From contig CAJINV010000004.1 of assembly GCA_905178155.1 (NCBI GenBank), positions 10,337,655 to 10,401,654 on the forward strand: a stretch of 64,000 bases of DNA, written 5' to 3'. A program made the translations under genes and the position numbers. Of the stretch, positions 24,527-37,457 are shown one piece after another. The notes beneath the pieces were generated by a model. That model was given only the letters and a program-made list of their open reading frames with translations. It had not been told where the DNA came from and searched no databases. This DNA comes from Amoebophrya sp. A120 (Eukaryota > Protista > Dinoflagellata). How positions within the stretch are numbered: position 1 is the first letter of the stretch; each line of letters starts with the position of its first letter.

Positions 24527-27500
24527 TTATGTTTCTAGACAAGACAATTTTGCTGTACCAATATCGCCGGTCTTCTGGTTTTCCGCTCTTTTCAGTTCGA
24601 TGAGCGGTGCTGGCTGAGCCACATCTTGATCCGGTGTGGGTATCTCTGTCTGGAAAAACCGCAACACTTGGTTCTCGCTCCCGGATGTCGTGTCTTCTTC
24701 AGCGACAGCAACAGCAAGTCCGCCCTCGATCGCACGCATCAATGGCGTACTTTTCTCGATCTCCCGCTTCGTAGCAGAGCTCCATGCGGCTACAATCCCG
24801 CTTCCGGATATTGCATGTTCGAAATTAAAGATAATCCCACCCAGCACACTGGCGATGGTCCCGGGGGCGCTCATCCGATTGAGAGCTGCCTGCACAGCAG
24901 TGCGTCTCCCACGCATTTCCGTCCCGCCCGGTTGGCCCTGTGCTGCTCCCTCCGAAAGCACGGCGATCTTGTTTTTCAGTGCCTCGATGAACGCCCCTGC
25001 TCGGTTTTCTTGTCCCGCACGGGTCCCCGTCTCAATGCACTCGGAGAGGATTCGCATCCCCTGCTGTTCTAGTCGAAGTTTTAGCTGTTCTAGCGACTCT
25101 TCGACTTCTTCGTGTGCTTCGGGATCCGGAACTGTGTTCGACTGCCCCGGGGACCTCCGACCGATACCAAGGGGAAAAACACAGGAAAGGGGAAAAATTC
25201 AAAATTTTGCCATGCCTCATTTTTGAAAGAGGTGAGAACCAAACGCATGCGCATGGCTTTGGTGATTTGCGGCGAAATCGCAAACGCCACAAAACCGCTT
25301 GCGGCGTATCAAAAGACACAATACGCAGAAGGCCTGCCCCCGGGCCTGTCTACAATTTGAAAACGCCCGCGCTTCGTTTTAACATCACTGCCGGGCCCCA
25401 GGCGGCGCCGGGCTCCGGGTCAGGGGGCCGGCGCCATTTCCCGAAGCCCCAGGCAATGCCCAACACGAGCAAAATCTGGCCCGGGCGCTACCGCTTGGGG
25501 TGGCCAAAAATGGCAGTCGGGGCCAAGGCAGTTTTTGCCTTCTAGTCTACGGCGTGTGGCTTCGGGCCACTTTTGGGGCCATTCCTGTGGATTTGAAATC
25601 CGACCTATCTGCCCCGGTTTTCGGCCCAAATCGGCCGCGCCATTGTCGCGTCCGGGGCTGCCCCCATTTCTGGGCATTCCTGTGGATTTGTAACCCGACC
25701 TATGTGTCCCGGTTTGTGGCCAAAAAAAGGCGTCGCTTTTGGGCTCTTTTTGATGGCCCCTGCCGAGGGGGGGGTGGCCCCAAGGGTACCCCCCCGCCCA
25801 TTCCTGTGGATTTGTAACCGCACCTGTGTGCCTTGATTTTTGGCCCATTTCGAGCCACCGCTACTTCCAGGTTTTGGCCCCTCTCCCAGACCCCACCCCC
25901 TGTCCATTCCTGTGGATTTGCGCTATAACAAACGTAGCCCATTGAAAGAAGCCAGGCGCGACGCTGTTGCGCCGGAATTGCGCGCCAAAAGTGTGCCCCT
26001 TCTCGGACATACAAACAGAGACCGGCCACAGAGCTGCAAAAACGTGGGGTCGTCCACCGCGATCAACAACAGCCGAAGTCGGGCGGCCCCGGTCCGGCTC
26101 AAATAGGGCCCGCCAACCCCCGGGCCCTTCGCGCCAATTCGGAAAAGAAAAATAAACGTGACGGCCAGGTCTTTGGGGCCTTTCAGCCATTTTGCCGGCG
26201 TTGCCTCGGGCGGGTTCGTGTTCGGCAGAAAAGTGGGCGCCCCACTTCCGGCACGAACGCGGCGAGCAAAAATTGGGGCGCAAAAATATTGGCGACGATG
26301 TGCCGATCTCGCGGAGAGTGGATGGCTGCGCTTTGCTGGAACTCAACAGGCAGAAGCGCCGCCGATAGGAGATCGCGCCGGGCCATCGGACCGGTGGGCC
26401 CGGCCATCCCTGTGCCACTAGATTTCTGAAGGGGGCTGCCTTTGCAACATACAAAAATTTTGAATTTTTCCCCTTTCCTGTGTTTTTCCACTTGGTAACC
26501 GAACATGTTGTTCTAGAAAATTCATCTTCTCGAGGGCTGCTACCGGTGGTGCCGGCGTTTCATCGTCGACATCAGTTCGAGCGGGGTTTGTGGATGCGGC
26601 GTCGTCCTTGCCGGGCGTCTGTAACACCAGCTTCGCGCCTAAGTCAGCCGACTTTCTGTCACTCTCGCTTTCCTGCGTGAAGCTCGGCTTTCCAGGCTGC
26701 TCTGCCACCCCACCAGCAGGTTCGTTTTTCGGCAAATCCACGACGATTTTCGCAGCCGCATCGAGGTTTCTCGTCGCAGCAACCGATTTCTCTGTAACTA
26801 GTCGGGCTTCCGGGATCATCGCGGCAGCCGACGACTTGTCCGTCACGGGCCCCGTACTTGTGGCAGCAGTGGGTGTCGCAGCCTGATGACCGGACGTCGT
26901 CCGCAACTGAGCGCTCGATGAAGCAAAGGACTTTGGAAGCCCAACGAGCGAACCGAAATCATTGTCGTTCTCGTCGTCCACAGAGGTCAACAACGTCTGC
27001 TGCTGCCCGCTCGGCTGCTGCATTTCCCCGGCTCCCGCGGTCGACGCACCCTTCTCCAGCGCTGGGGCCGACGTCTTGTGCTCCATCAAATCCACGAACG
27101 CAACCGCCCCGCCTTCTCCTCTTTGTCCGCATCATGAATGTCGACATCCGCGCTGCTACGGGGCTGACTGTGGGTGCTAAAGTGAAAATCAAGCTCAACC
27201 CCTCCTCCCGACAACACTTGGTCCTCCGCGTAGCGAGGGGTCCGGGAAGGATTCCTGCGCAGCATCTTTCCGGTCCGGGTTATGAAGATCTTTTGTCGCG
27301 ACGGTTCTGCACCAGATGCCCTCTGCCCGTCTGTCGTGCCCGCTCCTTCTTCCTCCAGCAACGTGTCTATCTGGTGTTGGTCTTCGTTAATATTTGACGT
27401 GGACTCCCGGCTGTTTCTGTTGCTACTGCTCCGCTCAACGACTCGAGCGGAACTGCCGGTGCTGGACGAGGTAGCAGCATGGCCATCGGAGGACTGGCCG

Positions 27501-30500
27501 ACGCTCGGTCTGCTCGAGGCGGCACTGTAACCGGTACCCGAAGAATCTTCACTGGTATTTGTTGACCTTCGACGCACCATCTTGTTGGTTCCTGAGGACG
27601 ACGATCCATTCGTCGCGGCCGAAAAAGGTCGTGCCTTTAAGTCTTCCGTTGTACTGGCCGTGGCAACTACATCGACGGATGATACAGTGGCATTCCCGGG
27701 TACCTCCATAGCGTTCACGGCAGGTCGGTCTTCGTCATGCGTCTTGCTTGCCCCGAAATTATCCAGTTTCGAAGCCACTGCGACAGAAGCCGCACCGCTC
27801 TGGCTTTTGCTTTTCCGGCCGCTCCTTTTCTTCGTCTTAGAACTACGAGAAGCGCGGTGGATTTTAGTGTCCACCTGGGTACTAGTCGTGCTGTTTTCCG
27901 CCAGAGCCCCCCTGTCCTGCGGCAAACACGGCAGCGTCGCAGCGCACTTGCTTCTCGACGATTTCGCCCTGCCGTCGCTGCTACTGGACGAGCTAGAGGA
28001 GCCACCTCCAGACGAGGACGACTGTGCAAATGGGCTCTCCAGGTCCCGCACGGATTCGGAGGTGACCGAGCGCTCACTACTCGCACAGGAAGAATTCGTG
28101 TCTGCATCGATGAGCTGCACAAAACCCGTGGTAGTGGAGGCACTTATGGGGTTCTCAAACGTTACATTCTCAACTGTTACATGAATTTGTCATGCAAAAA
28201 CACCATCATCATCCTCACGATCAAGAAGCTGCTCCGCGTGACAAGTTTGCGAAGGGCTAAGCCGCGCCTAAATCTGCGCCAAACTTGTAATGCAAAAGGC
28301 GCAATCTTCCTCCTTTCACTTTTGCCAGTCTTGCATTACAAATTCATGTAACAGTTGAGAATGTAACAATTGAGAGTCCCATAGCGCTGCTGCTTTCGTT
28401 CGAGCTCGTTCCGTCCTCCTCGCCAGACGAACGGCTTGCCGCGTAGGAATTTTGCGGCGGCGTGAAACAGCGCTGCTCGTGTAGTTGTTCCTCGTCATCT
28501 ACATGTTCCTCGCAGGAGGAAGCAGACGGAGGGAAGCTACGGGCAGCTGCTTCGACATTCCCAGCAGTGAATGATCCTGTCAAATCCACGAACGTCTTGT
28601 GCTCCATCAAATCCACGAAGGCAACCGCCCCGCCTGCACCTTGACCACCAGCACTACCTTCTTCCGCTTGCTTCTTCGCCACAGCCGCAGGCAGCTGTGC
28701 TGGAAGAAACACCAAGTCGTAGTTGCTCGGTGTTGTAGTAGGAGTGGATGAAACCCAGTGCGTCGTCATCGTTGCGGCCGTTGTTTTTTCCGGCTCCGTG
28801 GCGATTTTGGTAGAATCCCGTTGCTTTGCGGAGTCTGCTGCAGAGGTGAACTTCGCGACCTTCTGGGTAGCGACGTTCTTCGCAGCTGCCCCGGCCACGG
28901 AAGTAACCAGATCCGGTTTTGCGGCGGTTGTCACCGCGGCGAGATCATTCTCGTCGATCACGACCATTTGCGGCTTGACCTTGGACGCGGCAGGGGACAG
29001 GGACGAGCCTTCTTCCTTCAATGCGACTTTTCCTGTGGTCTGCCCAGCTTCTCGTGGTCCTTTCTCACCTGTAAATTTGAGTGAAAATGAAACTCATTCT
29101 TCTGCTCGCGAGTATTTTTCACTTCTACCACCCGTGAGCGTCGTATTTCTTCTTGCGTGTTCTCTATCATGCAGCAGGCATCATGTTCCATCAATGCGTC
29201 GTATTTGTTCTTGCGTGTTCTCTATCATGCAGCAGGCATCATGTTCCATCAATCTTCAGCACCTAGCACATCCTTATATTTCCGCCACAAAAAAATCCGT
29301 AAGTACCTTCCTCCCCCTGGGATTCAGATTTCCAGGTCCTTTCCATCTGCGCAGCTTTTGTGGCATCCACTTCCCCGCCGTTCGAGGTTTGCGAGTTCGC
29401 GGAGTTGGCCACGGTGGACAGAGACACCAGCTCCTCCGGCTTCTTCACACCTCCGTCCTCGTCGGTCGGCTTCGGCTCCACTTTGCGCCCTGCGATTTTT
29501 TGTTTTTTAGGTCCGTTTCTTTGCAGGACAAAATTAACGGCGCAGTACTACTTCATGCTCACCTTCTCTCCTATACACGAATCCAAAACCATTGCAATGG
29601 GATGAATGGAAATCATTTTGCAGATTCGTAAAACAAGTTCAACAACTTCATGAACAAAGAATGTCTTCTACCTCCCTTGCTCAGTTGATCCAGAGACTTC
29701 TTCATCATCTGCTGGACGGTGTCCGAGTCTAATTCGGCTTGCGGTTCGGCGGTACTGGCGCTTTCGCTAGTCGTGGTCATCTCCGTTTCGAGGAAAGAAG
29801 GAGAACCAGAGCCCTTGTGTTCGGTGGACTTCAACACTTCCTGCGTGTGTGCTGCACCTGCGATTAAGTTTTCAGCTGCAATAGGATTACCATAGAATGT
29901 TTCGGTCATGACTTCTTTCAAGTTCAAACAGCAAAAAGAAACGGGTGCTACGAACAGGCGCGGTCAATATTCGACGTTCCGCTAAAACATATATGATTTT
30001 CCTAAGTGTATTAGAACAGGGTAACAAGGAACGTAGACCTGACCGGGGGGGTCACGTCCGTCCGGCCGGACGGACGGCACGTGACCGGGGGTGATCCGGC
30101 CTCGGGGCGAGTTCGGCGCTGAATGCCGCAGCAACTGTGGCCCTCGGTAGCTAGAAGCCCCCGGCCGCGTCACCGACGGCGGACCAGGCACAGGAGTCGT
30201 GCCTTTTTCCGTGAAAGACCGAACTCATGACCTTTTTTTTTTAGTTGGGCGCCCGAGCTAGCTGACAGCCCCCGGCCTCGTGACCGGGGGCGGAGCGTGA
30301 CGAAGGGAAGCAGTTCTTCAGTAAAGTGCCGAGCTCATGACCCTTTTTTTTTTAGTTGCCCGGGCGCGCGGTCCACAGTGGCCACCACCTCCTAGCGCCA
30401 CGACCGACCCCCGGTCACGTGCCGTCCGTCCGGCCGGCCGGACGGACGTGACCCCCCCGGTCACGTCTAGGCTCCTTGTTACCTTGTTGTTAGAATACCT

Positions 30501-31480
30501 GACGCCGGTGTTTTCTCATTTTCCGTCCCTTTCATCTCGATGAAGGACAGCGGCGCGCTCGCGGTTTCATCTCCATCACCCACATTCTTTCCCTCCACGG
30601 CGCCAGTCGTTGGCCCGTCCTTCTCGACGGCCGCTGTCGAGGTCGTCCACAGAAGCCGCGTATGGTACAAAAAGACAACATCGCAGTCAAGAATTTGCAA
30701 GTTTTGAGCTTGATGTGAAGAAATAAATTTTTGTAGTATTATGCATTTACTTTTTCGCACGACACACATGACAGAATAGTCGATCAGGTGCACAGGATTT
30801 ACTTTTTATTTTCCGCAGATGCACAAAGGTGATTGCGATGATGATTTTTCTTGATTATGGGGCAATGTACATGTTGTACATACCGAAAAGTGTATTGGGC
30901 GCGGGTTCCCACAATATCAGAAGCAAATATGTCTGGGCCTGGGAGATCCTCCGAATTTGCGATGCTAGGTCTAGACCACACAAAAATCTGTATTCGAACA
31001 ATCGTTGCGAAAGCACGGCTCGAAAACGACATGAAGACGGCCTTTTTCTCATGCCGAATACATAGGCAGTTTTGAAGAGCCTTCGCAAAACTTTTGATGC
31101 TACAGTGCGCAACCAGCAAACTCTATCTCATGGTCATGCGACACCACACCTCGTGCATGACATACTTCTGCAGCAATCCACCAGATCCAGGCATATTTGC
31201 ATTTGATACACGGGGGTGCTACTCCGCCATTCTCTGCAGCGAGGTCGCGCATTCTGTGCTTCTCGGAACGCAACATTCCACCCCGCCGGGCGTGAATTCC
31301 ATTTCCGCCAAAGTTCGCCACCACAAAGATGGTGACCGGAAGCGCCACACGGGACCGCAAGATGGCTCCGGCCATTGCGCTCCGGCTGTGCTTTCTACTT
31401 TCCTTCATGGCTCTCCGCTCTTCGAGTGGAAGTTCCGAAGGAATGCCTGCTATGCTAACGCACTTTGCTACTGCGAACAC
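24527..31480 (-). CDS. Multi-exon hypothetical protein with hydrophobic N-terminus; probably disrupted by the inserted duplication and a TIR element
   Basis: Exon-like ORFs 31100-31480 (joins WEPAPN in frame across introner 30915), 29613-29927, 29263-29481, 28344-29021, 26418-27095, 24527-25057; frameshift near 27115. Confidence 0.4.
25165..26497. mobile_element. 1333-bp non-autonomous TIR element, TAC...GTA termini, TSD ACCGA
   Basis: ~45-bp TIR taccaaggggaaaaacacaggaaaggggaaaaattcaaaatttt; four internal cattcctgtggatttg repeats (~25580, 25675, 25799, 25905). Confidence 0.9.
27118..28573. repeat. Inserted copy of 8078-9533 flanked by a 44-bp host direct repeat
   Basis: acgtcttgtgctccatcaaatccacgaa.gcaaccgccccgcct at 27071-27114 and 28592-28635. 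Confidence 0.9.
28145..28383. mobile_element. Introner family C (copy of 9105-9343 carried by the duplication)
   Basis: Same sequence and flanks as 9105-9343. Confidence 0.9.
29138..29253. repeat. 58-bp tandem duplication (2 copies), probably intronic
   Basis: gcgtcgtattt.ttcttgcgtgttctctatcatgcagcaggcatcatgttccatcaat x2. Confidence 0.9.
30015..30488. mobile_element. GC-rich MITE (~474 bp) with ~75-bp imperfect TIRs, flanks ATTAG/GTTAG
   Basis: aacagggtaacaagg...gaccgggggggtcacgtccgtccggccgg at left, reverse complement at right; internal repeat ctcatgacc(c)ttttttttttagttg. Confidence 0.85.
30915..31208. mobile_element. Diverged introner family A (294 bp), TSD CACAA/CACGG
   Basis: tatcagaagcaaatatgtctgggcctgg / ccagatccaggcatatttgcatttgata; frame restored. 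Confidence 0.8.
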
Positions 31481-33662
31481 GTGCCTGGCGCTGCAACAAG
31501 TGATCGGATGCTACTACGTCTGATTGTTGAAACAGAAAATGGTACGATACGATGAGATTGAGGTTCGAGTAATTGTGATTTTTCCATAATGCGACTTTTC
31601 ATGCTCTACGAAAAATTTCCTTTAAGACTAAGAGTAAGAACTACAAACCGCATCCGCTCACGAAAAATACCCATCGCAATGCGTACGCTCCGCGGATTCG
31701 ACGCAAAATTTTTATATGCACTGCTACCACACGACCGCAAATGATCGCGCGACCCACTTGTACTATTTGAGCCAGATAAATCCGACGACTCTCACACTTT
31801 TTACAAACCGCGCGCTCCGGAGTCACTCTTTCTCTTCGAACCAAATCTGCTTCTGCGTCGTGTTTGTTGTTCTATTCTTCGTGATTGACGAGCAGGCACT
31901 AGATTTACGCTAAATTTTTAACCCGTTTCTAGTAAATCCTCTTCGAACAATTTCACCGGGCTTAATGGCGTGCGTATCGACGGTATTCCGGCGTCGCCTT
32001 TGTCTGTCCCAGCAGGAAGTATGGGAAAAGTAAAAGGCTTTTTCTTTTATTTCCGCTGCGAAGTATGAAAAGCATAAGAACTTTCATCTTCAGTTCTAGT
32101 TGTACAGGTCTACTTCCCTTGCTAATCCCTTCTCTATGATTAAGCTGAGGAAGCCCATACTCACTGTTACAACATATCTGTATACATCAAAATTTCTACA
32201 GTGAAAACGAAATCTTCTTTATTACATCCTACTCGGCAACTTCTACAGATGAAATCAATTACGTCATTCTTCATCAGAAGTAAAGCGCCACCGAAAGGAG
32301 AAGGACAAGGGGAAGAGGGCATCCGGCATTACTATTACAGCCTGTGAAGATCGTCGTCGATTTCATATTTGGACTCCACTTCTTGCACCTGAAGCACCGA
32401 GTCCGAATGCGAAGCCACTATTGTACATACTTTTGCTCCGGGCTTTTTTTCTATTTTATCTTCATACTCACATATGTACAGCACTCAGTAGGGTTTTTCA
32501 AGCGCGATATCCTGGTCTAGGTTCGATACATTTATTGTGGCTGTCAACGGGACGACGACGAGATTGGTGCTGTTACATAACTGATTGAAAAGTAACGATA
32601 TTTTGCCTGACGGCTCGGAACAGAAACTGTTAAGTGTAAAAGTAAGAACGAAAAGCTGTGCGGTAAGTAAAAGTACAGAAAAATTTAAATAATGGTTGTT
32701 TTTCGGTGAGTCTGTAAATTGCGACAAGTTAGTAGTGTAAGTAAATTTAACTCCGTTGATTTCAATATTGGTTTATTCGGTAGATTTACGCGTTCTGATT
32801 GTAAGTAGTGAAGATCTTCCTGTAGTCATTCTTTTTATTCCGCCCCGTCTTCTTCTTCTGGTTCTGCTTTTGGTTTGGGCTTTGGCTTATAGACCGAAAT
32901 TAAAGTTAGTGACTCTCGGGTCGTCTGCTACTAGCCCCCTCACAATCAGCTCCATCTTCTTAAGGCGGATTTGCCTCCGCGTGGCGTCGTTTTGTGATGC
33001 AAAACGCGACGTACATACAACCACTCCAGAGCAGCAGCATGGACTTGCATTTGCGCGCTTGCGATATCGTTATGTGTATGTTTCTATTCTTTTACCTTCT
33101 GCTTGGTGTGCTTTTTGCATGACAAACGCTCCACATCATCATGGTACACTCGGATGATACCAATGAACTTTTCCTCAAACAGGCTAGCAGCAGCCGTCCC
33201 GAAGATCACTCACTTCCGTTCCATACGACTTTGCTGCCGGCGGTTGCTCCTCCTCCTCGTCCGCCCCCTCCGTCGTAGGCGCAGGCCCACTTTTTGTTTT
33301 CGCTGGTTTCTCTGCTGGCGAAGGTTCGGCTTCCTCTACTTCAGCTGGTTCCTCCTCCCCGTCTCCCGCTGCACCCTCTTCCTCGCCCTCGCCGCCCTGC
33401 TCTATTCTTGTGGGGAAAAATTATCCCCCCGCATATTTTTCAAAAGAAGACTCCATGCGATGCCTGATTTTTTTTTGAGTGTGCGCACATGTTGAGTAGT
33501 GTAAGTGTTGCCAGAAAGCTGCAAAGTGAGACATACATTTCTAGTCTGGCTGGCAGGTAATTTGCTACGCTATTCTAGGCAAGGAGCTGGTTCCTGTCAT
33601 AGATACCGGGGACGCAACGCTTTCCCGTGCCAGTCCGCATCTCTTGTTCCCACCTTCTAGCA

Positions 33663-35666
33663 TCATGGAAACTCGAGTACTTGTGTAAACAAATGAGGGG
33701 TACAGAGGTGGCACTTTGAGTATGAGGCAGGGGGATTATTTTTTAACATTTTGATATGCTCCCGCTCCGCCTTTGCCTGCTCCGCTTTAAGGACTTTCGA
33801 TGCCTCCTCCTGCTCTTTCTGTCGTTTCGCCAGCTGTTCCTTGGCGCGCTTTTTTCTTCTCTGTTGCCGTTTACGACGCGCTGCTCGTCGTTTTTTCTGC
33901 AGTTCCTCCTCTCGCGCGCTGCTGATTCCACTAGCACCTTGGGCCAACTTACGTCGCGTAGCCGCTTGCTCGACTGCGAGTATCTCGTCTTTCGCGGCGT
34001 TGCCCATCACACTTTCATCGCGGCGTTTTAGGCGGCTTCTTTTGGAGGGACCAGACACGTGATTCTCCTGTATTTCTTCTTCCCTTCCGAGTTGGCCTTG
34101 GCCGTGCCCAAAAGTCGTCCCCAGTTCGGTGAAAGCGTTCACCGGGGGCTGGACCACATCCTCGTCTTTTTCTTCATTTTCTTCCTGCTGCAGGAGCTCG
34201 TCTTCTGTAGCCGTCTCACTCGAAGAAGCTGATGAAGGACTTCGCATCCGTTTGTTGTTGGGAAGATTACTGTTATTCTTCTTGCTGTGCTGGGCGTGTA
34301 AAATCTGCAGCGGCCCAGAACGACGAGATGGAGTAGGAGGTGAAGAAGCTGCATCAACGTGGTCAGTCTTGTCTCGCCCCCGCTCGTTCACACTCCTGGC
34401 CGGGAAGACGCTGGCCAAAGCTTCTCCGAGCTGCAGCAACGCCGAAATCGCGGGCACGTTGGGGAGACTCGCGAAGGACGACGCTGCGGGAAATGTACTG
34501 CCTGCGCCGACACTCGATGTTGACGAGTCTCGTCCACTGTTGCTCCCCCGTGCAGTCGTGCTACTTCTGCTTGAAGTTCTTCGCGCACTCATTTCGCCCT
34601 CACTCTGAAGGTCTTCTTCATCCTCATCCTCTTCAGACAGTAGCTCGTCGTCGACTCCTTCATTCTCTAAATCGGAAGAACCGTCTTCATTTTCTAGTTC
34701 TTCTTCCCCGAAGGTTCTGCTTTCCGCTTGGTCCAGTCCCAGTCTGCCAGCTGTGCCACGAGCAGGTGCGTGTTTTGATGCGTGAAGATCCGCCAAAGTT
34801 CTCTCCGCAGTTGCAGTACTAGTAGTTGCACTCACTTGCAATGCGGAAGCAGGCTTTGAAAAGGATGTTGACGTTCCGGAGATTATCGATGTTTTCCCCT
34901 TCTGCTCCTCAGCATCTTCTCTGTCGTCGACGACAAAGTCGACATCTTCGCTTACTCCCTTCTTGGAGCCCGCACTGCTGCTCTCAGCAGTGTCAGTTGT
35001 TGCGTCTTCTTTCATTGCGTCTGCAGCACCAGCACTAGAAGTCGCGTCGGGTTTTGCATCCTGTGTAGTTTCCCCTCGCTCTTCACCTTCGCCTGGTAAA
35101 ATTTGCTCGTCGTCCCCTCCTGGACCACTACGAGACGAGGCAACGACACCACCAGCTGTTCGGCGCCGTTTCTTCTTCTTCACCTTCACTTTTTTCACTT
35201 CCAGAAACGAACTCGGGGAGTTACTACCGACGTCATTCTCGACTTGGAGAAAAGAACTACTGCTTGCGGAGGTCGTCCCGCCTGGTCGTGTGGACGACAC
35301 CATTTCTTCGCCCGTAGCACGGCTGCTGGGTAGATTACTGGATTCATCTCCTGCTGAAGTCGCGGGTAACAAGGTCGGATTTGTTGTTCCTGCGACACCT
35401 TCCTCGTGTTGGGCCTCTATCCCGTCCGTATTTCCACTAGAAGAACTTGTGCTTCCGCCGAATATGCTGTTTCGTAGTTGGTTGAGCCGGCTCGTCACTC
35501 CTGCGGAAGCCGCACTGAAGGAGCTGGAGCTACTGGTCGTGTCGCCGGAGGTTTTTGTAGTACCAGTAAGAGCAGCAGCAGGCTCATCGTCTGCTGGTAT
35601 CTGCCGGTTGTTCCTACCCGCTCCCCGGAGGTTCCCCCGTTTTCTGTTTTGATATTGCGCTTGCAT
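33663..35666 (-). CDS. Low-complexity acidic/basic hypothetical protein (large exon)
   Basis: 667-codon ORF, Ser/Glu-rich with a Lys/Arg coiled-coil-like C-terminal part; additional flanking exons likely. Confidence 0.6.
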   Translation of the reverse strand: MQAQYQNRKRGNLRGAGRNNRQIPADDEPAAALTGTTKTSGDTTSSSSSFSAASAGVTSRLNQLRNSIFGGSTSSSSGNTDGIEAQHEEGVAGTTNPTLLPATSAGDESSNLPSSRATGEEMVSSTRPGGTTSASSSSFLQVENDVGSNSPSSFLEVKKVKVKKKKRRRTAGGVVASSRSGPGGDDEQILPGEGEERGETTQDAKPDATSSAGAADAMKEDATTDTAESSSAGSKKGVSEDVDFVVDDREDAEEQKGKTSIISGTSTSFSKPASALQVSATTSTATAERTLADLHASKHAPARGTAGRLGLDQAESRTFGEEELENEDGSSDLENEGVDDELLSEEDEDEEDLQSEGEMSARRTSSRSSTTARGSNSGRDSSTSSVGAGSTFPAASSFASLPNVPAISALLQLGEALASVFPARSVNERGRDKTDHVDAASSPPTPSRRSGPLQILHAQHSKKNNSNLPNNKRMRSPSSASSSETATEDELLQQEENEEKDEDVVQPPVNAFTELGTTFGHGQGQLGREEEIQENHVSGPSKRSRLKRRDESVMGNAAKDEILAVEQAATRRKLAQGASGISSAREEELQKKRRAARRKRQQRRKKRAKEQLAKRQKEQEEASKVLKAEQAKAEREHIKMLKNNPPASYSKCHLCTPHLFTQVLEFP

Positions 35667-37457
35667 ATAGAAAAATCCGCTGTGTCGTTCGATGTTTACG
35701 CATGTGCAGACATGTCCGACAGCGACTAGAAGATATGGCTATACAGAATATTTACAGCTACAGCATCACAATCACAAAAAAATAAAACAATACATGCGCC
35801 GCTCCACGGCATAGCTGCGGGTAGATGCGAATAACAGGAGAATTCCGCACCACAGCCTGGCGCTGCTGTGCATCAACGCACACTTTTTTCTCATCCACAT
35901 TCTCGTCGACACATCGCTGATTAAAGGCAGGGGGATGACGACCCAACAGGTCTTGCTCCGGACTTCTACTTCGTTCCTCACCTGGTCCTCGGATCTACTC
36001 CTTCGTCAGTGCCGATAGGTTGTGCTCTTCAACACGAGCAACCGTCGTACCAGTTTGGTTTGCAGTCTCTGTTCCGATTTTCCCTTGTTGGCGAGAAGGA
36101 GCCGGATGGACGTAATTTGTGCTGGTTGTGATGAAGCTGACGTCGTTCTTCGAACGTAAACATATACATAAACGTATCTGGTGGTACAAGAGCTATCAAA
36201 TACTTAAGTTAAAGTTGTACCCACCTCCTACTTGTGAGAACTCACGCAAGAATATTCTTGCGCGCCGTTAGGTCCTTCTGGCATTACATGAAAGTTGGAA
36301 GCGATTCGTCGAAATCGGCTTTAAAGCATGCGCCATCGCTCGGCTCTTGCCCTTCTAGCTTCGCACACTCTCTATACGAGCTCTCAATCCCTCACGAAGG
36401 CGCTCTTTGTTCTGTGCTTTAGGCAACACCTCACGAATTTCAAGTTCACGAGAAGCCCAACTGTCCTTCAGACCCACAAAACGAAATACATTCGCACGAA
36501 AATTACTACACAACAAAAGTGCACCTCACGGCCGAACTCGCACAGAGTGGTCTCTGCGGAGAATTGAGAATGAATTGTAAGTACTGTTGATGCGACAGTA
36601 CAATTCTTGAGTGATTTAGATTTTCTGTTCTTGAATAATATTAGTACAAATACATTTACAACATGCCAATCATGGTTCAAAATTCTCCAGATCGAAACGG
36701 AAACGTCACAATATCATTTTTTCTACATACCTTTTTTGTATTTGTTGTTTGTCATGTTCATCTATGGCGCATAAGCTTCGATGCGCGGTGGCACGTCGGA
36801 CGAGTGCGCTGCTCATGCCGATCATGTTTCGTGCTCGTCTGTATTGATAAAAGAGTTCGACATCTTGAAGTTGAAACCCAAAAATGCAACGATACGTAAT
36901 CGAGGTTATTTTTGTCGGCTACAAAATTTCCACAATTCATTTGTAAAAAACTACGCGACTACTTCGCAGCCGCCTCCGTTTTCCACTTTTTTCTTGGAAG
37001 TTTTGAAAAAACGGATATCGGGATGGCTTCTCACATTCAAAAAACCAAAACGCTTAAAAATTTGAATTGATATACGTAGGCATAAAATCCTCGTTCAATT
37101 TACTACCTTCTACTACGTAGAACAATTGCCGATGTTATCATTAGGTTTTAGGTTATATTATCTCATATCATGTAAACGATTATGATCTTTAGATTTGCAT
37201 GTCCTCTTATGGATATGGTCAAATTGTTTACCTGGTGGAAGTGGATGCACACCTACTACTAACCTGCTTCGTTTTTTGAAAAACAAGCCCCCTTTTGAAT
37301 TCTACAGTACTAACGGACCACAAAGTCAAGCAACCTCTGAGCGGAGTTGTCTTCTACTGAGCATCAATATGACAAATGTCTAACTATGTTTGTGATGACT
37401 TGCTGTTTTGAAGATCCCGTCCCACGCGCCGCCTCCGAAGACCCATAATTGTCGTCC

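Noticed and set aside
25165-26497. Transposase ORF inside the 1.3-kb TIR element
   Set aside because: Only short GC-biased ORFs with no DDE-like features.
32990-33160. Possible decayed introner (tttgtgatgc and gcatgacaaa motifs)
   Set aside because: No matching TIR pair or TSD could be defined.
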